Notes: generated by a model from the sequence alone, not told the origin. 64,000 bases of DNA from Vulcanimicrobiota bacterium (GCA_050250895.1 JBFWNU010000001.1:3140891-3204890); one strand, 5' to 3'; shown: positions 48,704-58,482, numbered from the stretch's first letter. Made by a program: numbers and translations.

Positions 48704-51043
48704 ATGAAAGTACCTGGCAACACAGTCAAACTCGGTGACATCACGCTTCGCCCCGAGAACGTGAACGTCGATACCATCAAGACCCTGGCCGACAAAGCGG
48801 CCGGTTCGGGGGTCGCAGAGGCCAAGGAGGCCAAGGCGGCCATCGATAACTGGGCCAAGACCGGAGAGATCAGCACCGAAGACTATGCCAAGGTAGAAGA
48901 CTTCCGCAAGGCCGCGGGACGCCAGTTCCGCGACCTCAAGAGCGAGTTCTGGGATCGCAAGAATGGCGGTGCCAACTGGGAAGACCTCAAGCCCGTCGAG
49001 GCCAAGATGGGCAAAGTCGGCGCCTTCCTTCACCTCAACGAGAAGATCCGCACCGAATTGCGCGAAGCCACCGCGCTGACAGCCGTCCAGGCTGCGGCGG
49101 GCGCTTCCTTCTCGGGTCCCGTGGGGGTGGTGGCCCTTTATGCCGCCTATTCCAACGGAGCCACCTGGGATGGCTCGGCCGATAAAGCCACCAAAGAATT
49201 ACTCGAGACCTACCAGGGCTACCTCAGTGGCGACTCGCGCATGATTACTGAAGGCAACCTGGTCGAGCAATTCCATCGCGACAGCCTCTGGCACTCCATG
49301 AACGGAGGGCTCAAAGAGGGTATCGCGGACGCCAAGGCCGGCGAGTCGGTCGAACTGACCGAGCAATACTATGAACTCACCTCGGCCGAGATTCTCGGCA
49401 AGAACGCCGAAGCTGTCGACGCCAAAGCCAAGTTTCGGGGCAACATCGATCCCGGCCGCTTGAGCTACCCGGATAAGGACGACAAGGGCTCCTACTTCGA
49501 TGTGGACGACATCCCTCACAAGATGCGCACCGTCATCCAGCTGCTCTCGAAGAAAGGTGCCGATGTCGGCCTCACCATCTTCGCCGTCAACAAGTTGCTC
49601 AACAATAATCCCGAGAACCTGATGCATCGCAAGGTCTTGCGCAAGAACGACGAGGTGACCCTCAGCGGCATGAACGCCAACGACGGGTCGGGCGAGAATG
49701 TCGATGCCGGTTACCGCTTCCGCGGGCCGGTTGCCCGCAAGATTATGGAGAACCTCAAGCGCGATGTGGCCAACTCGGTGGGGGCCGGCATCGAGGAAAT
49801 CTGGGGCGAGAAGCACTTCCAGGGCTTCACCGATGGCCGCCTGAAGGTAGGCGTTCGCGGCATGACCGCCATTCTCGACGTGCTGGGCGGACCCGCTCCG
49901 GCCGACCAGGAACTGGACAAGCCCACCAACATGAAAGAACTCGAGGCCCTGGCCAAGAAGGCCAAGGTCAAGCTGGCCGAGCTGATCGAGGCTCCCGACG
50001 GAGGCGAAGAGAAGGCTCTCGAGGCCATGCTTCACGGCGCAAAGGTCGAGCTGAGCGCTACCGGAAAAGAAAAACTCATCTCGATCATCAACCAGGCCGT
50101 GACCATGACCCAGGCTCCCGACAACATCGAGAGGGCTCAGGATATCAGTCTGCCCTCGGGCGAAAAGGTCGGCACCACCCGGGTGGATCTGGCCGACTTG
50201 CCTACCGAGCGCGAGACGCTGATGCTCGATGCTATCGCCAAAGCCGAAAAGTTCATCTATCTGCCCGGCTTCGTGGTGACCAGGGCGGTGGCCGCCGCCA
50301 TCGTGGCTCGCAAGAACGAACTCGCGGCCCAGGGCAAAGAGCTTGATGTGAAAGTCATCGCCGACCCGGGCGTCTACCCCGGCGGCGACACTCCCAACAG
50401 CTGGGGAGTGAAATTCCTCGAGGATCACGGCATCAACGCCCGCTGGGCGATGCTGACCCGCTCGGGCTGGCACGACCGCAAGATTCACGCCAAGCAGCTG
50501 ATCACCGACAAGGGCGAGATGACCGGCAGCACCAACTTCTCGAACAAGGGAATGAAAGACAACTGGGAGACCTCGACCTTCGTCCACTTCGACCCCGAGG
50601 ATCCCAAATCGATGGCCGATCGCGACCGTTCGGTCGCCCAGTTCATGGAACTGTGGCAGAACAACTCGTTCGAACTCAGCACGCTCGACCTGGCCGGTTG
50701 CTGGAACCGCTACAAACCCGCCGAGGGCAAAGAATACATGGTCGAAGACTCGCGCAACGGCGCCGTCAAGAAGATCATCGGCTGGCTCGAGGATTACGAG
50801 AAAGAAACAGCCGGCTTCATGGCCCGCCTGGCCAAGCGGCCCGACATCGCGCCGGTGGTGGCGTCGATGGTCGCCGACGGCTACTCCGAAGGAGATGCGA
50901 TTCTCAACGGCGTGGTGTCGGTCATCGGTGAACGTCACTACTACGAGGGTCTAGCCCAGCTGCCGGCCTACAAGACGCTGATGGAAGAGAAGGGGAAGGT
51001 CGAGGCCTGGAAGGCCAGAGAGGCTCGCTTCAATAAAGGCTAG
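48704..51043 (+). CDS. Phospholipase D superfamily protein
   Basis: HRKVLRKND..LSGMN and HAKQLITD...TGSTN HKD-type motifs. Confidence 0.85.
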   Translation: MKVPGNTVKLGDITLRPENVNVDTIKTLADKAAGSGVAEAKEAKAAIDNWAKTGEISTEDYAKVEDFRKAAGRQFRDLKSEFWDRKNGGANWEDLKPVEAKMGKVGAFLHLNEKIRTELREATALTAVQAAAGASFSGPVGVVALYAAYSNGATWDGSADKATKELLETYQGYLSGDSRMITEGNLVEQFHRDSLWHSMNGGLKEGIADAKAGESVELTEQYYELTSAEILGKNAEAVDAKAKFRGNIDPGRLSYPDKDDKGSYFDVDDIPHKMRTVIQLLSKKGADVGLTIFAVNKLLNNNPENLMHRKVLRKNDEVTLSGMNANDGSGENVDAGYRFRGPVARKIMENLKRDVANSVGAGIEEIWGEKHFQGFTDGRLKVGVRGMTAILDVLGGPAPADQELDKPTNMKELEALAKKAKVKLAELIEAPDGGEEKALEAMLHGAKVELSATGKEKLISIINQAVTMTQAPDNIERAQDISLPSGEKVGTTRVDLADLPTERETLMLDAIAKAEKFIYLPGFVVTRAVAAAIVARKNELAAQGKELDVKVIADPGVYPGGDTPNSWGVKFLEDHGINARWAMLTRSGWHDRKIHAKQLITDKGEMTGSTNFSNKGMKDNWETSTFVHFDPEDPKSMADRDRSVAQFMELWQNNSFELSTLDLAGCWNRYKPAEGKEYMVEDSRNGAVKKIIGWLEDYEKETAGFMARLAKRPDIAPVVASMVADGYSEGDAILNGVVSVIGERHYYEGLAQLPAYKTLMEEKGKVEAWKAREARFNKG

Positions 51044-51051
51044 CCCAGCGC

Positions 51052-51795
51052 TTACCCGCAGTCCCAGTTGTAGAAGACAGTGTCGAACCTCAGCCTGGCC
51101 AGATCCGCGGGCTTGATGAAGAAGTTACCCACGCCGGCATCACCCCACATGATGTCGGCGTGGTCGTCTGTGTCGATCTGGAGCAGCAACTCATAGTCTC
51201 GAAGCGCCGGCCGGTATTCGCGCGGATCGACCTGGGTGAAGCCCGGATAGCCGCCCAGGCGGTGCCCGTCGCCAGAGCACAGTTCGTAGTAGGCCTCCAT
51301 CAACTCGTCGGTATATAGTCCCAATTGCTCGAACCGATAGTCGGCCGCCGAAACCGGTGCCTCGGCCTTCATGAACCGCATACCGTAGCTGCCATGGACC
51401 GGCAGAGAGTCGGTGGGCGGAAGAAAGCTGAAGTCGGTCACCAGATCGTGCTGGCGAACTTCGGGGAGGTAGATGACCCGGAACCCGTTTTGTTTGCGCT
51501 GCCCATCCAGGTCCAGGCCATACATATCATCGTCGGCGATGAAAAACTGCAGCAGGCCGTCCTGGGGGAAGCCATCCAGTCTGGGAGTCTCGCTAAAGTT
51601 GATCTGAGCCAGCAGGTAGAGCGGGCCGTCGGGGCCCTGGGGGTATTCGGCTTCGAGCGGCAGATAAGGAGGGCCCCCGATGCGGCTACTCCACGGCGCC
51701 GGCACCGAGCCCGGCAAGGGATCGAGGGCGATGTGCGGCCGGACGGTAGCGGCAATCGCTTTTCGATAGGGCTCGAGCAGGGCGGGCAGTTGCAT
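51052..51795 (-). CDS. YwqG/DUF1963 family protein
   Basis: SRIGGPPYLP, LLAQINF, GGYPGFTQVDPR, LLLQIDTD..IMWGDAG, YNWDC. Confidence 0.9.
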   Translation of the reverse strand: MQLPALLEPYRKAIAATVRPHIALDPLPGSVPAPWSSRIGGPPYLPLEAEYPQGPDGPLYLLAQINFSETPRLDGFPQDGLLQFFIADDDMYGLDLDGQRKQNGFRVIYLPEVRQHDLVTDFSFLPPTDSLPVHGSYGMRFMKAEAPVSAADYRFEQLGLYTDELMEAYYELCSGDGHRLGGYPGFTQVDPREYRPALRDYELLLQIDTDDHADIMWGDAGVGNFFIKPADLARLRFDTVFYNWDCG

Positions 51796-52012
51796 CTGCC
51801 GCGCATTCGCGTCGACCTGCTCGGCACCTCTTAGGGCGAGGGGTGGAGCTTTTCTTGGAGAGTTTTTTGCAGTCTCTGTTGGAACGGCCACGAGCCGGCA
51901 ACATGATCAAGTCTTTCGGAAACATACTTAACAATCGTGTAACAACCTTGGCCTCTCGCCGCGTTGGCCAATCACTACAATGGGGGCGAGACAAACAGGA
52001 GGCGTGTGCAAA

Positions 52013-53080
52013 ATGGCAGGTAGCAGAGGCGTATCATCTAGACCGGCGGCAAGACCCGCGGCCAAACCCCCTCGTCAGAGCGGCGGTTCGCGGGTGGCCA
52101 ATACTGGCCGAGGCTTCGGCAACGCAATCTCCAGAGGTGGCAGCTGGCTCGGAAACAAGATTGGCGGCAGCGTCGGAAACAGTATCTCTACGGGAGCGAA
52201 CTCGCTCGGCAAGAGCATCGGCTCCGGTGCCGAGTCGGTTGGCAAGACCATCGACAAGTATGTTCCCTCGAGCGTCTCCAATGGAGTCATCGACGCGGCC
52301 TCGGCGGTCAGCCCGGCTGGCTCGGCTGTGGCCAACAGCATTAGCAACTGGGGCAACAACGGCAACGCCAACGCCAACGGCGCCAACGGCAACAACAACA
52401 ATGGTAACAGCAATTCTAACGGTGACCCCAACACCAACACCAATAACAACAATACCAACGGTAACAACAACACCAACGGCACTAACACCAACAACCAGGT
52501 CGACCCGAACGGCAACTGCAATAACAACGGCAACTGCAATGGTGGCGGTTGTGATGGCGGTGGCCAGGCCAACGACTGCGGCGGTGGCGGCGGCGAATGC
52601 GGCGGCGGCGGTGAAGCTGGCGGCGGCCAGGGTGCCGGCGGCGGCGGCGAAGCGGGCGGCGCCCAGGGTGGCGGCGAGGCCGGTGGTGCTCAGGGCGCTG
52701 GCGACCAGCAGCAAAAGCAAGACATCAACGGTCAGCTGGCCGCGATGGCTTCAGGAATCATTCAAGCCGCTCAGGGCGGCGGCCAGGGCCCTCAGCAACA
52801 GGGCGGGGGCGACGTTTCGCAGCAGGTCGAGCAGCTAGGCCAGACCTACCAGCAGGCCGGCGGAGCCGAGAACCAGCAGATTAAAGCCGAGACTCACCAG
52901 CTCGTCCAGCTCGCCATGAGCATGGGCGGCGGCGGTGGCCAGGGCGGCGGCGAACAGGCCGGTATGGACGCTCTGGGTGCCCTGGCCGGATTGGCCGGCG
53001 GCGGCGCTCCCGGTGGCGGACTGCCCGGAATGGGCGGCGGAATCCCCGGAATGGGCGGTCCCCAGACGCTGCTCGGATAG
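52013..53080 (+). CDS. Gly/Asn/Gln-rich low-complexity protein
   Basis: AGGAGG RBS, GGC/AAC-biased codons, hairpin after the stop. Confidence 0.8.
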   Translation: MAGSRGVSSRPAARPAAKPPRQSGGSRVANTGRGFGNAISRGGSWLGNKIGGSVGNSISTGANSLGKSIGSGAESVGKTIDKYVPSSVSNGVIDAASAVSPAGSAVANSISNWGNNGNANANGANGNNNNGNSNSNGDPNTNTNNNNTNGNNNTNGTNTNNQVDPNGNCNNNGNCNGGGCDGGGQANDCGGGGGECGGGGEAGGGQGAGGGGEAGGAQGGGEAGGAQGAGDQQQKQDINGQLAAMASGIIQAAQGGGQGPQQQGGGDVSQQVEQLGQTYQQAGGAENQQIKAETHQLVQLAMSMGGGGGQGGGEQAGMDALGALAGLAGGGAPGGGLPGMGGGIPGMGGPQTLLG

Positions 53081-53105
53081 GCTCTAGGAGAACCTGCTTG
53101 CTTCG

Positions 53106-53128
53106 ACGAACCCCTTCGGGGGTTCGTT
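53106..53128 (+). terminator. Probable terminator hairpin
   Basis: ACGAACCCC-ttcg-GGGGTTCGT followed by ttgctttatgttt. Confidence 0.6.
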
Positions 53129-53134
53129 TGCTTT

Positions 53135-53788
53135 ATGTTTGGATTTCGCAAGACCAAAGAGATACCTAAGCCCGAGGTCGAGGTGGTCGGCTGGGCCAAC
53201 GGAATGGTCCGCTTGAAATGCGCCGACGATTTGGCCATGGGCCTGACCGCGGTGGTGGCTCGCCTGTCGCCTGACGAGACGGTCGAGGCGGCCCTGGTGA
53301 TCGACACCTATCTTCCCCAAGAGGACCTGTGGTTGGCCAAGGTCGAGGCGCCCGAAGAGCTGCCGGCCCGCCTCGAGGAGATGTATCCTCCCCGCGACCC
53401 CGACGAGCCCGAGCCGGTCACCTGGGACGAAAAACGCTCCGTCGACCGGGTCCAGCGTGGGCTGGGCGTGATGTGCAAGCAGTTCAAACATTTCAAAGGT
53501 CTGACCTATGATGTCACCGCCGAAGGCGCGCGCTTGATCGCCGAAAGCCATCACCCGGCCGGCAGCGTGCTCGATATCCGCATGGAGATCGATGACGCCC
53601 GCGTCGAGGCGATGCACTTTAAGGCCGAGGTGATCTGGACGGCCCCCGTCGACGAGTCCGAGAAGCAGTTTTACATGGGTTGCAAGATCTTTCTCAGCGA
53701 CGAACAGAAGGAAGTGCTCGACGAATTCCTCGACTTCTTCCGCAACTACACCGACGAGGTCTTCTCGGAACTGTACGCGCCGGACTAG
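53135..53788 (+). CDS. PilZ domain protein
   Basis: EKRSVDR and DVTAEG motifs, AEVIW..MGCKI. Confidence 0.7.
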   Translation: MFGFRKTKEIPKPEVEVVGWANGMVRLKCADDLAMGLTAVVARLSPDETVEAALVIDTYLPQEDLWLAKVEAPEELPARLEEMYPPRDPDEPEPVTWDEKRSVDRVQRGLGVMCKQFKHFKGLTYDVTAEGARLIAESHHPAGSVLDIRMEIDDARVEAMHFKAEVIWTAPVDESEKQFYMGCKIFLSDEQKEVLDEFLDFFRNYTDEVFSELYAPD

Positions 53789-53953
53789 GTCGCCCTGCGG
53801 GCGACAGGGAGCGAGCCTTCGGCTCGAGATTTCTGCCTGCGGCCGACGGGGAGCGGCGCTTTGCGCCGGGTAAGGGGGCGAGCTTTTGGTTCGAGTCGGG
53901 GACAATCTCACAGAGGGTCTGGGTCTGCTTGAGCTATCCTGCGTTCAAGTCAT

Positions 53954-54030
53954 CTGGGTGTAGGAAAGCCTGGTATTCCGCCTGCCTTGGACGCAGGAAG
54001 TCGGCGGTTCGAATCCGTCCACTCAGACCA
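53954..54030 (+). tRNA. tRNA-Pro(TGG), atypical A37
   Basis: Acceptor CTGGGTG/CACTCAG-ACCA, D stem GGAA/TTCC, anticodon arm CCTGC-CTTGGAC-GCAGG, TTCGAAT loop. Confidence 0.88.
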
Positions 54031-54104
54031 TCTCGGCCCTCGGGCCGCGAAAGGGCTTCAGGCAAAGGTTTGAGGCGAGGAATCGCTCGCCTCGAGGTTG
54101 GGCG

Positions 54105-54653
54105 CTATTCGCCGCTAGCCAGGGAGTGCCATTTCTCGCCGCGGGCCGCGAGTGCCCGGGCGTCGTCGTCGGGAAGGGACTTCAGCTGGTCGTTGATGCG
54201 GCGATAGGGAGGGCCGATGAGCTGGTCCTCGGGGCCGAAGCCGGACCAGTAAGAGACCTTGTCGCCCTCTTTGGCTTGGCTGGTGGCTCCAAAGCTGATC
54301 ACCCGGCCGCCCTGGTAATAGCTGTGCCCCTTCTCGGTCGGACTCTCGAAGTCGATGCGCCGAATCCCCTCGCCGCCGCTCCACACGGTCAGCTTGGTGT
54401 CACCGTCCATCACTTCTTTCGAAGTCAGGATGTTGTCGCCGACCTGCGAATCGATGAGATTGATGGTCTGGGTCAGAGAAGAGTTGTCGGTAGGACCTGA
54501 GGCCGCCGGGGTCGGCGTGGGGGTGGCGGCCTCGGCCTCGGCGGTCGCGCTGGTGGCAGGGGCTGCCGGGGTGGTGGTTGCCACCGGGGTGGCGGTGCCG
54601 CCGCAGCCGAAGAGAACAGCTGCCAGGGCCAGGGAGACAAAAGAGCTTTTCAT
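54105..54653 (-). CDS. Lipoprotein, hypothetical
   Basis: Lipobox LFGC and Thr/Ala/Pro linker. Start trimmed to ATG 54653. Confidence 0.75.
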   Translation of the reverse strand: MKSSFVSLALAAVLFGCGGTATPVATTTPAAPATSATAEAEAATPTPTPAASGPTDNSSLTQTINLIDSQVGDNILTSKEVMDGDTKLTVWSGGEGIRRIDFESPTEKGHSYYQGGRVISFGATSQAKEGDKVSYWSGFGPEDQLIGPPYRRINDQLKSLPDDDARALAARGEKWHSLASGE

Positions 54654-54739
54654 GGCGGCCGGTTTCTTGACTCTGAGAGTGGATTCCTCGCCTCTGGCTG
54701 GGGACTTTGGGTTTGTCAGAGGCCGCCCTCGGGCAAACG

Positions 54740-54760
54740 AAAAGCCCGCGGTGGCGGGCT
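54740..54760 (-). terminator. Terminator after tRNA-Ala
   Basis: AGCCCGC-cacc-GCGGGCT plus T-run. Confidence 0.65.
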
Positions 54761-54763
54761 TGG

Positions 54764-54839
54764 TGGTGGAGAAGAAGAGACTTGAACTCTCGACCTCTGC
54801 ATTGCGAACGCAGCGCTCTCCCAGCTGAGCTACTTCCCC
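54764..54839 (-). tRNA. tRNA-Ala(CGC)
   Basis: GGGGAAGTAGCTCAG...CTGCG-TTCGCAA-TGCAG...CTTCTCCACCA with G3:U70. Confidence 0.96.
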
Positions 54840-54851
54840 GAGGACGGGCTC

Positions 54852-54880
54852 ATTATACGGCCACCCGGTAGGGCTGTCAA
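54852..54880 (-). promoter_or_regulatory. Consensus sigma70 promoter of tRNA-Ala
   Basis: TTGACA-17bp-TATAAT. Confidence 0.85.
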
Positions 54881-55206
54881 TCGCCGCCAACGGCTCGGCG
54901 GGCCAGAAGTCTGTCGCGAATCCCTTGCGGGTCGAGCCGCAGCTCAGATTCCTGTTTCGTTGTTCCGCGTTGAACCAGACGCTGCCTCAGATAATCCTCT
55001 ACGTCATCCAGATTGCGTAGGTAGAAGGCGATGATAGCGTAGACATCAGAGAGCCCCAGAGTTGGAAACCGCTGGACGATCTCCTCGGGTGTGGGGCCCG
55101 ACCTAAAGCAATCAACGATAGTGTCCAGGGGGACGCGGGTGCCCTGAACGAGGGCGACTCCATCCCGGCTCATTTCCAGGGGCACTGGCCCGGAAAAGAT
55201 CTTCAT
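54877..55206 (-). CDS. DUF433 domain protein (antitoxin-like)
   Basis: GTRVPLDTIV..F..G.TPEEIVQRFPTLGLSDVYAIIAFYL. Confidence 0.88.
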   Translation of the reverse strand: MKIFSGPVPLEMSRDGVALVQGTRVPLDTIVDCFRSGPTPEEIVQRFPTLGLSDVYAIIAFYLRNLDDVEDYLRQRLVQRGTTKQESELRLDPQGIRDRLLARRAVGGD

Positions 55207-55592
55207 AAAGCTCCTCTCGCCACTATAGCATAGGTGTCGAGGTCCGGAGTCAATCGCTGCCGGTCTCTAGTTCGGCGGGCCTCGACGATGCGCCGCACCA
55301 GTGCCTCGGGTAGGGGCTTGTCGGGGGTGAAGCGGATGGTGCCGGCGCTGGTCGAAAAGCCTTTCAGCTCAGCCTTGAACTGGGGCACGATGGAGGCGCT
55401 CATCGGATAGAGGGCGCAATGCTTGCTGGCTGCCCCAAAGGCGACCAGCACCTTCTGGCGGCGGAAGGCCGGGCGCGAGTAGCTGATGCATTCGGTGGCC
55501 AGGGGGTCGGCCCGCTGGATCTGCTCGCGCAGGCGCTGCAAGGCTTGGCGCTGGTCGTCGGGGAGGGAGTCGAGATAGTCGTCGATGGTCAC
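55203..55592 (-). CDS. DUF1801/YdhG-like protein
   Basis: TIDDYL..LP..QRQALQRLR, ECISY..P, KHCALYP, GTIRF..DKPLP. GTG start overlaps the bdhA stop. Confidence 0.85.
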   Translation of the reverse strand: MTIDDYLDSLPDDQRQALQRLREQIQRADPLATECISYSRPAFRRQKVLVAFGAASKHCALYPMSASIVPQFKAELKGFSTSAGTIRFTPDKPLPEALVRRIVEARRTRDRQRLTPDLDTYAIVARGAL

Positions 55593-56371
55593 TGAGCGGT
55601 CCAGCCGCCATCCATGGACAGGGCCGTGCCGGTCATCTGGGCCGCGCCGGAGCCGCAGAGAAAGACGGCCAGTTCGCCGATCTGTTCGACGGTCACGAAT
55701 TGCTTGGTGGGTTGAGCCGCCAGCAGCACGTCGCGTTGGACCTCTTCTTCGCTGATGCCGCGAGCTTTGGCGGTGTCGGGAATCTGCTTTTCCACCAGCG
55801 GGGTCAACACGTAACCGGGACAGATGGCGTTGACGGTGATGCCGTGCTGGGCCAATTCGAGGGCCACCGTTTTGGTCAGGCCAAGCAGGCCATGCTTGGC
55901 GGCCACGTAAGCGGTCTTGAAGGGCGAGGCCACCAGCGAGTGGGCCGAGGCCAGATTGATGATACGGCCCCAACCGGCCTGCTTCATGGCGGGCACGGTC
56001 AAGCGGATCGTGTGGAAGGCGGCCGAGAGGTTGATGGCCAGAATCTGGTCCCATTTCGCTACCGGAAACTCTTCGACCGGGGCCACATGCTGGATGCCGG
56101 CGTTATTGACCAGCACCTCGACCGGACCCAGTTGGGCCCGGCACTCCTCGACCAGCTGAGCGATGGCCGCCGGGTTGGTCACGTCGGCGTCAGACAGCGC
56201 GGTGCGAATGGCGAACTCGTCAGCCAGCTTGTCGGCCAATTCGTGATTGGCCGCCGGGTCGCCCAGGCCGTGGAGCATCAGGTTGGCTCCCGCTCCGGCC
56301 AGGGCCCGGGCGATGCCCAGGCCGATGCCGCTGGTCGAGCCGGTGACCAGGGCTGTCTTGCCTTTGAGCAT
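55589..56371 (-). CDS. bdhA: 3-hydroxybutyrate dehydrogenase
   Basis: TGSTSGIG, NNAGIQHV, ASAHSLVASPFKTAYVAAKHG, TPLVEKQI, DGGWTAQ. Confidence 0.95.
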   Translation of the reverse strand: MLKGKTALVTGSTSGIGLGIARALAGAGANLMLHGLGDPAANHELADKLADEFAIRTALSDADVTNPAAIAQLVEECRAQLGPVEVLVNNAGIQHVAPVEEFPVAKWDQILAINLSAAFHTIRLTVPAMKQAGWGRIINLASAHSLVASPFKTAYVAAKHGLLGLTKTVALELAQHGITVNAICPGYVLTPLVEKQIPDTAKARGISEEEVQRDVLLAAQPTKQFVTVEQIGELAVFLCGSGAAQMTGTALSMDGGWTAQ

Positions 56372-57753
56372 CAGTAGATTCCCGTCAACATGTAGAAGGC
56401 GATGACGAAGAACACGCTCAGCGTCTTGATGCAGGTGATGGCAAAGATGTCTTTGTAGGATTGGCGATGGCTAAGGCCCGTGATGACCAGCAGAGTGATG
56501 ACGGCGCCGTTGTGGGGCAGCGTATCCATGCCGCCGGAGGCCATCGAAGCCACCCGGTGCAGCACATCGGGAGGAATGCCCGCCGCCTGGGCCTGTTCGA
56601 GATACTGGTTGCCGAGAGCTGCCAAAGAAAGCGAGAGGCCTCCCGAGGCCGAACCGGTGATGCCGGCCAGCACGTTGACCGAAACGGCTTCGTTGACCAG
56701 CGGGTTGGCAAAGGCTCCACCGATCCAGGTCTTGACCGCGGCGAAACCGGGCAGGGAAGCGATGACTCCGCCGAAGCCGTATTCCGAGGCGGTGTTCATG
56801 GTGGCCAGCAGAGCCCCCCGCACGGCCAGGTCGACGCCTTCACGCAGTTGCTTGAGGATAGCCGGATAGCCCAGGGCGAAAGTCAGGCCGATGCCGGCGA
56901 CCAGGGCCATCTCGATCGACCAGATGCCGCACATCTTGGCCACTTCCACCTCGTGGCCGCCCACCGTCAGGCCGTTGGCGAAGCGCTGGGGCAGCCACAG
57001 GCTGGCTCCGCGATTGACCAGACCGACCAGCAGCAACGGCATCATGGCAGGGATGGGGTGTAGCTTGGGTGCGTCCGGATCCTCTTTGGTGGGCTCGTGA
57101 AGGTGCCCCTCGCCATAACCCTCCCCGGCCGCGGCCGCCAGTCGACGGGCCCGGTCGAGATAGAGCATGCCGCAGATCAGCACGAAGAGGGCGCCTACGA
57201 TGCCCAGCCAGGGGGCGGCGTAGATGGTGGTTCCGAAAAAGGTCGTGGGAATGACGTTCTGGATTTGAGGCGTGCCGGGCAGGGCGTCCATCGTGAAAGT
57301 GAAGCTGCCCAGGGCGATGGTGCCGGGGATCAGGCGTTTGGGAATGTCGGAATCGCGAAACAGGCTGGCCGCAAACGGATAAACCGCGAAAGCCACCACG
57401 AAGAGACTGACGCCGCCGTAGGTCAACACGGCGCAGGCCACCACGATGGCCAACATCGAGTGGCGAGTACCCAAGAAGCCGACAATCGACTTCGAGATCG
57501 AGCGCGCCGCTCCCGACATCTCGACCACTTTGCCGAAGACGGCTCCCAGCAAGAACACCGGGAAATAGAGCTGGATGAACACGACCATTTTGGCCATGAA
57601 GACATCCGAGTAGAACGGCAGCATCTGGTCGGGACCCAGCGAAAGCCCCACCGCCAACAAAGCGCACAGCGGCGCCAAAAGAATGACCGACATGCCGCGA
57701 TAGGCCACGCCCATCAGCAGGCCCAGGGCCAGAATGATAATCAGAACGTCCAT
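56371..57753 (-). CDS. GntP-family (hydroxybutyrate) permease
   Basis: YGGVSLFVV, PGTPQIQN, GITGSASGG, DTLPHNGAV, coupled to bdhA. Confidence 0.9.
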   Translation of the reverse strand: MDVLIIILALGLLMGVAYRGMSVILLAPLCALLAVGLSLGPDQMLPFYSDVFMAKMVVFIQLYFPVFLLGAVFGKVVEMSGAARSISKSIVGFLGTRHSMLAIVVACAVLTYGGVSLFVVAFAVYPFAASLFRDSDIPKRLIPGTIALGSFTFTMDALPGTPQIQNVIPTTFFGTTIYAAPWLGIVGALFVLICGMLYLDRARRLAAAAGEGYGEGHLHEPTKEDPDAPKLHPIPAMMPLLLVGLVNRGASLWLPQRFANGLTVGGHEVEVAKMCGIWSIEMALVAGIGLTFALGYPAILKQLREGVDLAVRGALLATMNTASEYGFGGVIASLPGFAAVKTWIGGAFANPLVNEAVSVNVLAGITGSASGGLSLSLAALGNQYLEQAQAAGIPPDVLHRVASMASGGMDTLPHNGAVITLLVITGLSHRQSYKDIFAITCIKTLSVFFVIAFYMLTGIY

Positions 57754-57776
57754 AGCTAGCAATCTAATGGGTGGGC

Positions 57777-57796
57777 GTTACACAGCCGTTACACAG
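57777..57796. promoter_or_regulatory. 11-bp direct repeat (OmpR/PhoB-type box candidate)
   Basis: GTTACACAG x2 at 57777 and 57788 between divergent genes. Confidence 0.5.
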
Positions 57797-57828
57797 GGAC
57801 GAAGGCCGACCTTGGCCAACCATGCGGC

Positions 57829-58482
57829 ATGCGCTATTTCTCGTGTTGGCTGTTATTGCTCTGTCTGGCCGGCTGCGCCAAGCCGGCCGTGACCCTGACT
57901 TCAAAGGTCGAGGTTCCCGAGCTCTTAGGCGCCGAGTCCACCCGCTTCAAGGTGCACCTCGAGAACGTCGGACCAGAGGTGGCAGAGAACGTTGTGGTGT
58001 TGGCCAATCTCGGCAAGGAAGTGACCGAACTGCGGGTCGAGCGCCTCGAGCCGGGCCAGAAGCAGACCCTGGAGGGTGTGTTGTCGACTCAGCCCGGCCA
58101 GGGTTCGCTGATGTTTTCGGCCCGGGTGATGGGCGCAGGGTTCTGTTATCGCTCCGAGACCCTCGAGGTGCGTCGGGTCGAGCAGCGGGGCGGGACCGGC
58201 TTGGCCTACATCGAGCCCCTCGAGAGCTACAGCGCCTCAGGCCAGCAGCTTCGCAAAGCGCCGCAGCAGCAACAGATGGTCTCTCCCGAAGACTTTGGCG
58301 AGCATGAGATGGACTCCGAGATGCGCCTGGGAACTCTCGAGCCCGTCGAGCCCTCGGCCGATGTCGAGAACCTGATCGCCCGCGTCGAGCACGAGCATTG
58401 CGCAGCCAGTCGCAGCATCCTGGAAAAATACCGCCAAAACGGAAACCGCCGAGCGGGAGAGTTCCTGCTCGGCAGCCTGTAG
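57829..58482 (+). CDS. Lipoprotein with Ig-like (CARDB-like) domain
   Basis: Lipobox LAGC, VHLENVG...LEPGQ. Confidence 0.7.
   Translation: MRYFSCWLLLLCLAGCAKPAVTLTSKVEVPELLGAESTRFKVHLENVGPEVAENVVVLANLGKEVTELRVERLEPGQKQTLEGVLSTQPGQGSLMFSARVMGAGFCYRSETLEVRRVEQRGGTGLAYIEPLESYSASGQQLRKAPQQQQMVSPEDFGEHEMDSEMRLGTLEPVEPSADVENLIARVEHEHCAASRSILEKYRQNGNRRAGEFLLGSL

Noticed and set aside
54654-54890. 5' extension of the lipoprotein ORF
   Set aside because: It runs through tRNA-Ala.
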